Sequence record: MT446407.1
Direction: 5' to 3' (one strand)
Length of the DNA stretch: 64,000 bases
From: Escherichia virus TH34
A program made the position numbers and the translations under genes. Numbering within the stretch: position 1 is the stretch's first letter; each line of letters opens with the position of its first letter. Below are positions 55,980-64,000 of this stretch, in pieces. The notes below the pieces were generated by a model. That model was not told the origin of the DNA. It ran no database searches and saw nothing but the letters and a program-made list of their open reading frames with translations.

Positions 55980-56575
55980 TGAGTAAACCATTAGTAGTAA
56001 TTCTGAATGGACCACCGGGTTGTGGTAAAGATACAATCGCTAATGCTTGGTTAGAGAAGACCGTCGGTAACACTGAGTTTAGGCCGCATGTAAAGGCTTT
56101 TAAGGAGCCTATGTATCGAGTGGCTGCTGCTGCATTAGGACTTCCTCTTTATGAGTTCATGGAGCTATACAACGATCGTGAGTGGAAAGAATATAGCCGT
56201 CCTGAATGGGGCGGTAAGACAGTTCGAGATTTAATGATTGCGACTAGTGAGAACTACCTGAAACCAATGTTTGGTGACACCTGCATGGGTAAGCTTGCTG
56301 TTAGCAGTATTCAACAACGCATCCCAACACAGAATGATGTTATTGTATTCTCTGATGGTGGATTTAAAGCAGAAGTTGAAGAACTGGAAAAACATTTCCA
56401 TGTTCGAGTAATTCAGATTCATCGTGATGGCTGTACTTTTGAAGGAGACTCTCGTTCCTATATTGAAGGCGCGAACCTTTCAACCTACCTTCTCTTTAAT
56501 GATTGTTCTATAGAAGAGGCGGTGGAGTATTTAGAATACAGTATTGCACAGACACGGAGAGATCTCTATGCCTGA
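55979..56575 (+). CDS. P-loop kinase (deoxynucleoside monophosphate kinase-like)
   Basis: 198 aa; N-terminal Walker A VVILNGPPGCGKDT. Confidence 0.5.
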   Translation: MSKPLVVILNGPPGCGKDTIANAWLEKTVGNTEFRPHVKAFKEPMYRVAAAALGLPLYEFMELYNDREWKEYSRPEWGGKTVRDLMIATSENYLKPMFGDTCMGKLAVSSIQQRIPTQNDVIVFSDGGFKAEVEELEKHFHVRVIQIHRDGCTFEGDSRSYIEGANLSTYLLFNDCSIEEAVEYLEYSIAQTRRDLYA

Positions 56576-57389
56576 TGTAATCTATCCTGAAGTAGCAATT
56601 GTGGATGCAGATGTTCTTAGGTATGAAGTTGGTGCTCTTACACAAGAGCATCCTTTCCTAGACACAGGTCGTGTTCCAGTTGATTATGGATTCTTGATTG
56701 AACGTCTCCAACATAAGATTGATGTAATCATCTCAAGAACTGGTTGTGAAAGAACAATCTTTTATTTCAGCGAAGGTGGTAACTTCCGCTTCGATGTTGC
56801 CAAGCAGCAAGGTTATAAAGCTAACCGACCTCCGGGAGAAAGGCCACATCACTGGCAGAACGTTAGTGATTATATCAAAGAACATTACCAGTATGTTGAA
56901 GTGTTTGGCAGAGAAGCAGATGATGCACTCGCTGAACGACAGCGTATAGAAAAGAACACAATCATCTGTACTCGTGATAAGGATTTGTTAATCACTCCCG
57001 GATGGCATTACCGCTGGGCTTGCGGTGAACGACAGAAAGAAGTACCCCCTCATTACGTATCAGAGGAAGTAGCATGGCAGAACTTCTTCTATCAGATGTT
57101 GATTGGAGACAGTACAGATAACATCCCCGGATGTGGTGAGAAAGTTGAAATGATGTGGGGCGGTAACTTAGTTATGCGTCGTAAGGGTATTGGTAGCAAA
57201 GCTGCTATCAAACTTATTGAGAAGGTATTCGATAAGTGGACTCTTTATCATATTATACGAATGGAATACTATAAGAGGTTCGAGGAAGAAGCAGAAGCTA
57301 AGATGTTAGAAAATGCTCGATTGCTCTTCGTTGGACAAGCTGAAGGCGACCTCTTTGATTGGTCGTGGTTAGATAAATCTTGGGAATAA
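56568..57389 (+). CDS. 5'-3' exonuclease / flap endonuclease (T7 gp6-like)
   Basis: YKANRPP, READDALA, ICTRDKDL and H3TH signature GDSTDNIPG. Confidence 0.8.
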   Translation: MPDVIYPEVAIVDADVLRYEVGALTQEHPFLDTGRVPVDYGFLIERLQHKIDVIISRTGCERTIFYFSEGGNFRFDVAKQQGYKANRPPGERPHHWQNVSDYIKEHYQYVEVFGREADDALAERQRIEKNTIICTRDKDLLITPGWHYRWACGERQKEVPPHYVSEEVAWQNFFYQMLIGDSTDNIPGCGEKVEMMWGGNLVMRRKGIGSKAAIKLIEKVFDKWTLYHIIRMEYYKRFEEEAEAKMLENARLLFVGQAEGDLFDWSWLDKSWE

Positions 57390-57399
57390 GGATATTATA

Positions 57400-57591
57400 A
57401 TGGGTAAATTTGACTATCGTTCGTATGATGAAAATTCCTCTAATCGTGAGTCTCGTAAAGACCAGAAGATTAAACACCAAGCATTTGATCGTCGTACAGG
57501 ACGTATCCCTCGTGCTGAAAAAGAATCACATCGTATTAACAAACGTATTTGGGAAGATGCTGACATGGATGTAGGTTATGGAGAAAGCTGA
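57400..57591 (+). CDS. hypothetical small basic protein
   Basis: 63-aa ORF. Confidence 0.35.
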   Translation: MGKFDYRSYDENSSNRESRKDQKIKHQAFDRRTGRIPRAEKESHRINKRIWEDADMDVGYGES

Positions 57592-58030
57592 GAAAACTAG
57601 ATGCTCTTTTAGTTATAACCCGGAGACTGGATTGTTCTCCGGACTTTCTATATACACTGACAGAGATGGTTATCTGTACACTTTTATTGATAGAAAGAAT
57701 TTCCGCTTGCACCGATTGGTTTTTCTTTTAGAAGGTGAAGATATTTCTGGAAAACTTATAGATCACATTGATGGTGATAGGCAGAATAATAAAAGAAATA
57801 ACTTAAGGCTTGTAAACTCTCAAGAGAATACCTACAATAAAAGAGTAGGAAGAAACAATACTACCGGACATAAGGGAATTACTCAAGAGCCAAATGGTAA
57901 GTGGAGAGCTAGGATTTCTGCAAACAAGAAAAGATATTCTCTAGGAGTGTTTGATTCTTTAGAAGAAGCTGTTGCTGCTTTAAGTGAAGAGAGACAAAAA
58001 CTACATGGAGAATATGCAAATGAAGGCTGA
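57578..58030 (+). CDS. HNH homing endonuclease with AP2-like region
   Basis: 150 aa; DHIDGDRQNNKRNNLRLV and GKWRARI. Confidence 0.65.
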   Translation: MEKAEKTRCSFSYNPETGLFSGLSIYTDRDGYLYTFIDRKNFRLHRLVFLLEGEDISGKLIDHIDGDRQNNKRNNLRLVNSQENTYNKRVGRNNTTGHKGITQEPNGKWRARISANKKRYSLGVFDSLEEAVAALSEERQKLHGEYANEG

Positions 58031-58421
58031 AAAAACCAGATGTTCAAATCAGTGGACTGAAGCACGATACAATTCCTTCATCAAGTCAGGGATTCGTTCT
58101 CTCACTAGAAAGTGGAAGCCTATGTTTGACTCTCTTAAAGAGGCTCAGACAGAGCGTAAGATCAACCCCAAAACTGGTAAACTGGCAATGCACTATAAGT
58201 GTGCCATGTGCGGTAATGACTCTCCTCTTAAAGAGGTAGCTGTTGACCATATCAACCCTATTGTTCCAGTGGACCATGCAGCTTCTTGGGATGAAATCAT
58301 CGAGAGAGCTTTGGTTGAAGTAGATGGCTTTCAAGTCTTGTGTAAAGAGCCTTGTCATAAGATTAAAACTAAGGAAGAGAATGATGCAAGACGAGAATTT
58401 AAAAAATCTAGAGACTCCTGA
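58020..58421 (+). CDS. HNH endonuclease (start uncertain, 58005-58020)
   Basis: Cys-rich CAMCGN...DHINP...CHK HNH core; N-terminus shares KAEKTRCS with the upstream HNH gene. Confidence 0.55.
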   Translation: MKAEKTRCSNQWTEARYNSFIKSGIRSLTRKWKPMFDSLKEAQTERKINPKTGKLAMHYKCAMCGNDSPLKEVAVDHINPIVPVDHAASWDEIIERALVEVDGFQVLCKEPCHKIKTKEENDARREFKKSRDS

Positions 58422-58683
58422 AGAAAGAGAAGTCTTTGAATCTATGAATAAGGAAAACACCTATGATCAAGTATCTACGAAACAAGTTCTTCGCTTTAGC
58501 TATCGTAATTGGAGAGGTGAAATTGCAGACCGCTCCGTTGTTCCTATACGAACCTCAGTTGCTTCTTCCCGTTATCATAATGGGGGCAAACCTTGTTGGA
58601 TAATGACCGCTTGGGACAATGACAAGAATGACATTCGAGAGTTTAAGCTCTCTGATATTATTAAGTATTATGATCTAATCTAG
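58381..58683 (+). CDS. hypothetical protein
   Basis: about 100 aa from ATG 58381. Confidence 0.4.
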   Translation: MMQDENLKNLETPEEREVFESMNKENTYDQVSTKQVLRFSYRNWRGEIADRSVVPIRTSVASSRYHNGGKPCWIMTAWDNDKNDIREFKLSDIIKYYDLI

Positions 58684-58762
58684 GAGGTCTTATGATTGAC
58701 TTCGAAGAAGAAAATTGGGATGTATGATGAATTCGATGGATTCTAACATCTAGAAATAAAGA

Positions 58763-58792
58763 AGCCCCCTTCCTTTTCAGGTTGGGGGCTTT
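58763..58792. terminator. bidirectional rho-independent terminator between convergent gene blocks
   Basis: aagccccc...gggggctt hairpin with T-runs on both strands. Confidence 0.6.
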
Positions 58793-58798
58793 TCTCGT

Positions 58799-61700
58799 TT
58801 ACTCCTTAGCTCGAACTCTAACACGGAGTTTAGCTTGACGCTTACTTCTCTCCAACTTGTCAGACAGAGAACCACGTTTGACTTTCAACTCTCCCTCGTC
58901 ATTATACTTCTCCAAGAACTGTAAATACTCTTGTCGAGTAGTTGTCTTGTAAGAAGGAATCTTAACATCAGGATTCTCTTCAATCACACGTCTAATCTTC
59001 GCCACATCATCCCGCCCTAAAAGTTTCCCTTTAGCTTGTTCAGCAGTAGAACCAAAGATTTTCTCCAGTGCTCTAGATTTGTTACCACCCGCTGAAGCAG
59101 CACCAAGTTTCGCAATAGCAGAGTAATCATCAGCACTAAACCAAGCCACTGGATTATCTCCATATTGTTTCTTGTTCTCCGCAGCAGTTTGTAAAGCACG
59201 CACAAAGCGACGGTTGTTACCAGCCTTATCAGCACCATGAACTCTATCTAGAACCTCTGCTACACTAGCCAGTTCCTGCAAGTCTTTACCTTCGATAAAA
59301 GCTTTCTCTGCTTTGTTAGCAAAGTCATCTTCCTGCTTCTTAATGCTTTCCAGTATATCAGAGGAGGCTTGAGATCTTTCATCTTCCGGCAACGCCGAAC
59401 GAACTTTCTCCATTTCCAACTCTTCATCCTGAAGTTTCTTCAACTCAGAATCTACCTTCCTAGCATCTTCGATAGCTTTCGAAGTATCTGCATCTACCTC
59501 TACCTTCCCATCCATATCACCAGTTGCCTTAGCAATATCTTTCTCGATTGGTGTCATCTTCTCAAAATCCTTAGCAAACTTTGAAATATCCGACTCAATA
59601 CGAGAACGAGCATTCTGGTGCTCAGTAGGAGTCATAGGTTTCTCCAGAAGAGAGTAACGGTTATCCATATAAGAACCTGCAAAGATTTCTGCATCTTCTT
59701 TAGGAATCCCTTTATCCTCCATAGAACGCATCAGGCGCTTATGAATGTCATCACGTTGACGTTGTATTGCCATGCGATCGTTCTCTGCTTCCTGAGCTTC
59801 TTTGAGCTTCTTGTCACGTTGTACACGGGAATCAATGTCGTATTTACGGTTCATCTCTTCCGCCTGTTCGTACATCTTATTCCACTTAGCTTCTCGAGCA
59901 TCTTCTTCCGCTTCAGTGAGACGACGCTTACGGTCGATGTAATCACTTTCTGCGTTGTGGATACGTTCGATAATACTACGGAAACGCTCCGGTGGTACAG
60001 GAGAGTTTTTCTCGTGGTGAGCTGCTAACTGTTTCAGTGTACGACCTTCCTGAGCCTCACGTACCGACTCTGGTAAATCTTTCAACAGGTTCTCCATCTC
60101 CGATTTCTGAGCCGCTATAGCCTCGAGAGACTGTCTTTCTGTCTCTACTGCTGCCTTGGCATCACTACGAGCTTTAGCCCTGTTACGGAGCGTCTCAAGA
60201 CGTTCTTGACGTGCTTGCAAATGTTTAGCTGCTGCTTCGTACTGAGAGTTCTTATTAGCTTTGTTGAACATGTTAACTTCACGGTTATATGTGTTAATGA
60301 AGCCATCCCATATATCCTTCATCTGTCCCACTTCCAAAGCATCTTCCCTTCCAGCCTTCTCTGAAGCTTTAAACTTCCCATCTACAAAGTCTTCCATCAA
60401 CTTACGCATAGCATCTTTTTGAGCTGGACGTAATGGCTCTGCATCAAGAAGTAGATTGATTTCGCTGTGTAACTCTTTCTTCTGGTCAACCAGCTTAGGA
60501 GCATCAGCTTTATCAAGCTTTTTATTCTCTGCAAGAGCTTCTTCATACATCCTATTAAACTCATCATCACGTTGTTTCTGATACAGACGTTCAGACCTAC
60601 GCTTCAGTGAATCTAGACTAGTCACGTTTCCTCCAATACCTTTCTCCTCAGCACGTAATGCCTTGGTAGCAATATCAGAAGGTAGACCACGTTCCTTAAC
60701 CCAATCAGCAAACGAAGAACGAACACGTTGTGACTTAGCAGCAGCAATACCCTGTTGAGAAGCAAGCTGGTTACGAGCCATCTCAGCATGGCGTTCAGCA
60801 TTGTTAGCTTGGTCTTCCTGACGGATACGACGCATCAACTCTTTCGGGTCGCCTTTATAAGAAAGGAAGTTCTCAGCTGTGGCTTTAGCCTTAGCACCTG
60901 CCGTATACAGAGAACGAGCAAAGCGATCTGCACGATCTTTAGTAGCTTGACGGGCAGCACTTGACATAGCAGCCAGACGCTCTATTCCAGTAGCTGGTTT
61001 AACAGGCTCAGGCTCAATCTCAGGAGCTTTAGGAGCACGGGTAGGTAATGGCTCAGCTTGAACTGTAGGCTCCTCAGGAACGCTCTCAGCAGCCTTGCTA
61101 GCCTCTTCTGCTTCTTGACGTTTACGAGCTTCTGCAACAGCACGACGTTGGGCAACTAAATCCCTTGCGGTAGTAACTGGTTCTTGTGGAACTGGCTCTG
61201 GAGTTGGTTCTTCCTGAACCCTGTTAGCTTCGGCTTCTTGACGTCTAGCTTCAGCTTCCTTCAAAGCACGTCTCTGTGCGACCAAATCACGAGCAGTTAA
61301 AGGAGAGGTTTCTGGAGAGGAAATTTCTTCCGTCACAGTAGTAGCAGAAGGCTCCCGAACCGGTTCGATTTCCGTGTCATTTTGAGTCTTAAATTTAATG
61401 TCATCAACTTCAGGTTCTTTCTCCATCGCAGCACGGGCTTCATCAGCCTGAGCACGAGCACGAGTTACTTCCATATCACTACGAGCAAGAGAACGAATAG
61501 CTTCACTGTTAGCAGCCTGCTGGCTTTCGCGTTGAGAGCGAGCACGGTCAGAACGGAAACGGTTAAGAACATGCTTAGCAGCACCAAGAGGATTCTTAAT
61601 CAGAACTGGAGGAGCAGCTTCTTTAAAACCATCAGCAGTCAGAGAAGTCCAACCACGGTCTTGATTACTCATTAACTTAGCTGTATTATTCAGAGTGAAA

Positions 61701-63217
61701 GCATCTTGGATTGGGTTGAAACCTTCAGGCATTCCTTTAAGTTTCTTCAAACCACCAATAGCAGTTTTCATTTCTGGAGATACATTATCAGCCAGTTTCT
61801 GAAGCTCTGTAGCTTTCTCTATGAAGTTATTAAAGTCTTCACCATCACGAGCTTTGAATCGATTAGCTTCGTTATAGAAAGTTTTATAAGCATCAATGAA
61901 ATCACGATCTGCTTGGGTACGATTCTTAATGTCCATAGCACTACCAGTAAAATCACCACTGGCACGAGCAGCTATTAATTCACGATCAAGATTATCCAGA
62001 ACATCAGACAGAGATTTAGTGTTGTCTTTTGTATAATCAGCCATTGCATCTTTCATTGCCACAGCTTGTTTCTGGTTATGTTCGTTGTCTGCGTTAGCTT
62101 TACCTTGCTTTTTATTAGGAGCAGCAAGAGGATTTAAACCCGGAACATTAGAACGATCTTCCAGAATAGTAGCAGCCTTCTCAGCACGACTTTGATCAGT
62201 ATTAAGGATACGCTGAGCAGCAGGGGAGTCCATAGCCACAGCATCAGTAACACGGAAACCGTTCTCATCGAGGAGGTTAAGAGCGGAAGCTGTGTTAGCG
62301 TTATCAGCTTTAGAGTAAGCCTCTCTTAGTTCGTCTGCATTTTTAGCTGAGCGAATAGCTTCATCTTCAGCGGCAATGTCAGTCTTAACGTGTTCTGGAG
62401 TACGGTCAAAGACTTGAGGACTAGGACGACTTATCAATCCATGAACCCCACCGATAGCCCCACCGTAAGCAGCACCCATCGCACCTTCTTCTACAGCACC
62501 TTCAATAATGTTAGCAAGAGTAGTGTCATCACCATATTTGTTCTGTGCTTCAGCAGCACCTACAAGAGCACCACCTTTAGCACCAGCCACTGCGTTAGAT
62601 GCTACACTCTGACCAACACGACCTAGAGTAGTAGAAGCAGTTCCTGTCATCCCCGGAAGAATCTTCTGAGCTGCAAAGTTAGCACCACCAACTAGACCAG
62701 CATCAAGAACAGACTTCTCTTCACCCTCTTCTGGAGTTTGGTCCGCATAAGCCCTACCTGTTTCACGAGCTGCAATAACAGCAGCAGCTACAGCTGGGTT
62801 AGCGACCGTAAGACCGATATCAGCGGCAACGCCAGCATACTGACCTACAGATTTACCTACACCATCTTCGATTTGAGAAAGACGTTCTTCTAGTAAGTTT
62901 TTAGAGTTGTCTTGAATACGCTTACCATAACTTGTCTGTGTACCAGCTAGATTTTCTCCAATCTCAACTAATCCACCAATACCTCTAGCAGCACTAGCTG
63001 CAATGTTTGCACCACCTGATTGAATAGCGTTGGACACACCTTGGGCAAAATCACCAACCAACCCCGGTTGCTCTTCTTGTTTAGGAGCTGGAGCAGCCTC
63101 AGGAATCGTTCCACCCGCTGCTTTATACTGTTCTCGCATCTGAGACTGTTGCTCAGGGGAGGCATTCAAATACGCAGGGCTTTTAGAAGCTTCTTCCCAC
63201 GGTTTTAAGTTAGCCAT
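58799..63217 (-). CDS. large virion protein (tape-measure or internal ejection-protein-like)
   Basis: 1472 aa; Gly/Ala-rich N-terminal region, extensive coiled coil, internal duplicated segment TARDLVAQRRA...EAE. Confidence 0.5.
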   Translation of the reverse strand: MANLKPWEEASKSPAYLNASPEQQSQMREQYKAAGGTIPEAAPAPKQEEQPGLVGDFAQGVSNAIQSGGANIAASAARGIGGLVEIGENLAGTQTSYGKRIQDNSKNLLEERLSQIEDGVGKSVGQYAGVAADIGLTVANPAVAAAVIAARETGRAYADQTPEEGEEKSVLDAGLVGGANFAAQKILPGMTGTASTTLGRVGQSVASNAVAGAKGGALVGAAEAQNKYGDDTTLANIIEGAVEEGAMGAAYGGAIGGVHGLISRPSPQVFDRTPEHVKTDIAAEDEAIRSAKNADELREAYSKADNANTASALNLLDENGFRVTDAVAMDSPAAQRILNTDQSRAEKAATILEDRSNVPGLNPLAAPNKKQGKANADNEHNQKQAVAMKDAMADYTKDNTKSLSDVLDNLDRELIAARASGDFTGSAMDIKNRTQADRDFIDAYKTFYNEANRFKARDGEDFNNFIEKATELQKLADNVSPEMKTAIGGLKKLKGMPEGFNPIQDAFTLNNTAKLMSNQDRGWTSLTADGFKEAAPPVLIKNPLGAAKHVLNRFRSDRARSQRESQQAANSEAIRSLARSDMEVTRARAQADEARAAMEKEPEVDDIKFKTQNDTEIEPVREPSATTVTEEISSPETSPLTARDLVAQRRALKEAEARRQEAEANRVQEEPTPEPVPQEPVTTARDLVAQRRAVAEARKRQEAEEASKAAESVPEEPTVQAEPLPTRAPKAPEIEPEPVKPATGIERLAAMSSAARQATKDRADRFARSLYTAGAKAKATAENFLSYKGDPKELMRRIRQEDQANNAERHAEMARNQLASQQGIAAAKSQRVRSSFADWVKERGLPSDIATKALRAEEKGIGGNVTSLDSLKRRSERLYQKQRDDEFNRMYEEALAENKKLDKADAPKLVDQKKELHSEINLLLDAEPLRPAQKDAMRKLMEDFVDGKFKASEKAGREDALEVGQMKDIWDGFINTYNREVNMFNKANKNSQYEAAAKHLQARQERLETLRNRAKARSDAKAAVETERQSLEAIAAQKSEMENLLKDLPESVREAQEGRTLKQLAAHHEKNSPVPPERFRSIIERIHNAESDYIDRKRRLTEAEEDAREAKWNKMYEQAEEMNRKYDIDSRVQRDKKLKEAQEAENDRMAIQRQRDDIHKRLMRSMEDKGIPKEDAEIFAGSYMDNRYSLLEKPMTPTEHQNARSRIESDISKFAKDFEKMTPIEKDIAKATGDMDGKVEVDADTSKAIEDARKVDSELKKLQDEELEMEKVRSALPEDERSQASSDILESIKKQEDDFANKAEKAFIEGKDLQELASVAEVLDRVHGADKAGNNRRFVRALQTAAENKKQYGDNPVAWFSADDYSAIAKLGAASAGGNKSRALEKIFGSTAEQAKGKLLGRDDVAKIRRVIEENPDVKIPSYKTTTRQEYLQFLEKYNDEGELKVKRGSLSDKLERSKRQAKLRVRVRAKE

Positions 63218-63282
63218 AATTTCTCCTTATAAATAAAAATGTCCTACCTCCTATATACATTATAAGAGATAGGACTTAGGTC

Positions 63283-63936
63283 TTACTGAGTCATCCAATC
63301 AGTGTTAGAAGACAAAGCACCATTAAGTTTAGGATTGGTTGCTGAACCACCAACAGCTGCTTCAGACTCTGCTTCGAATACACCGAGAGGGTCATAGAAA
63401 CCAGCAGAAGGAATAGCTCGGTTAACAAGAGCAGTTGCACGTTTCTTGTCCATACCAGAACCAACATAAGCTTCAATAGTTGCTTTCTTAGAATCCTTAA
63501 CACCTTTCTCAGCAGAAGAAGCACCAACAGTTGCTTGCTTACGGGCATAGGAAAGAGCGGCATCGGATGGACGATAACCAGCTTTAAGAGACCAAGTGTT
63601 ACCTACCTTAACAAGAATGGATGGGTCTTCTGCGAAGTGTGACAAGTCATCAGCTTGCAGAGAACGGTTAGCGCCAATCTCAGCTCTTGCGGAGTTCATA
63701 ATAGCCTGCATGTAAGCAGAACGAGCAGTCTGATAATCACCATCCTTAACTGCTTTGTCTGCCAAATCCAAGTCTTTATGAGACTGGTTAAACAGTCCTG
63801 CCTTCTCTGCCCACTGTTTAGCAACCGTACCTTCAGCAGTGTTCTGAGCAAGACGAACTTCTTTCGGGTTAAAGTTAAAACTTTGAGCAGCTTGTTCTGC
63901 ACGGTCTGCCTTAACTTGATCACGATAACCAATCAA
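63283..63936 (-). CDS. virion-associated protein (may extend beyond the window)
   Basis: 217-aa ORF upstream of the large virion protein; minus-strand coding appears to continue to the window edge. Confidence 0.4.
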   Translation of the reverse strand: MIGYRDQVKADRAEQAAQSFNFNPKEVRLAQNTAEGTVAKQWAEKAGLFNQSHKDLDLADKAVKDGDYQTARSAYMQAIMNSARAEIGANRSLQADDLSHFAEDPSILVKVGNTWSLKAGYRPSDAALSYARKQATVGASSAEKGVKDSKKATIEAYVGSGMDKKRATALVNRAIPSAGFYDPLGVFEAESEAAVGGSATNPKLNGALSSNTDWMTQ

Positions 63937-64000
63937 CTCTTTCTGTTTCTCAAACTGAGCATCAGCACGTTGTTCAGCAGCACGACGAGTTTCAGCAGCA

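Noticed and set aside
12596-58683. Searched for a single-subunit phage RNA polymerase among + strand genes
   Set aside because: No ORF of sufficient length (about 800-900 aa) with RNAP motifs; the largest + strand ORF is the GAT-II-like protein. The phage is therefore treated as host-RNAP dependent with its own sigma factor.
59017-62626. Several 60-136-aa ORFs on both strands inside the 1472-aa virion gene
   Set aside because: Shadow ORFs within a long, well-supported coding region.

Overview
This window reads as about 64 kb of a virulent tailed dsDNA phage genome with no lysogeny genes and no phage RNA polymerase. Layout: (i) a leftward late/structural block at 38-11646 (tail fibre, capsid with an Ig-like extension, scaffold, portal, large and putative small terminase); (ii) a repeat-rich divergent intergenic region at 11.35-12.6 kb; (iii) a rightward early block (12.6-27 kb) driven by strong sigma70-type promoters, containing an ORF-poor 2.3-kb promoter/terminator array, many small ORFs including an 8-member paralogous family, a tRNA-Arg(UCU) and a lipoprotein; (iv) a rightward enzyme cluster at 27.5-37 kb (two amidoligase-like proteins, a GAT-II/Ntn amidotransferase-like protein with zinc ribbons, an ATP-grasp ligase, a gamma-glutamyl cyclotransferase-like protein and unknowns), which is the best candidate for an uncharacterised biochemical system; (v) a replication/nucleotide-metabolism block at 37-57 kb (primase-helicase, stand-alone 3'-5' exonuclease, Pol-beta-type nucleotidyltransferase, dCTP-deaminase-like, Dps-like, thioredoxin-like, ThyX-like, LigA-domain-Ia-like, PhoH, family-A polymerase domain, HAD and metallophosphatase, gp2.5-like SSB, spanins, ECF-like sigma factor, P-loop kinase, FEN exonuclease, four HNH endonucleases); (vi) a convergent leftward virion block at 58.8-64 kb. 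The presence of a phage sigma factor, a single tRNA-Arg and host-type early promoters is reminiscent of phiEco32-like podophages as I recall them, but that is unverified. All calls rest on motif recognition by eye in the supplied ORF translations; no searches were run.
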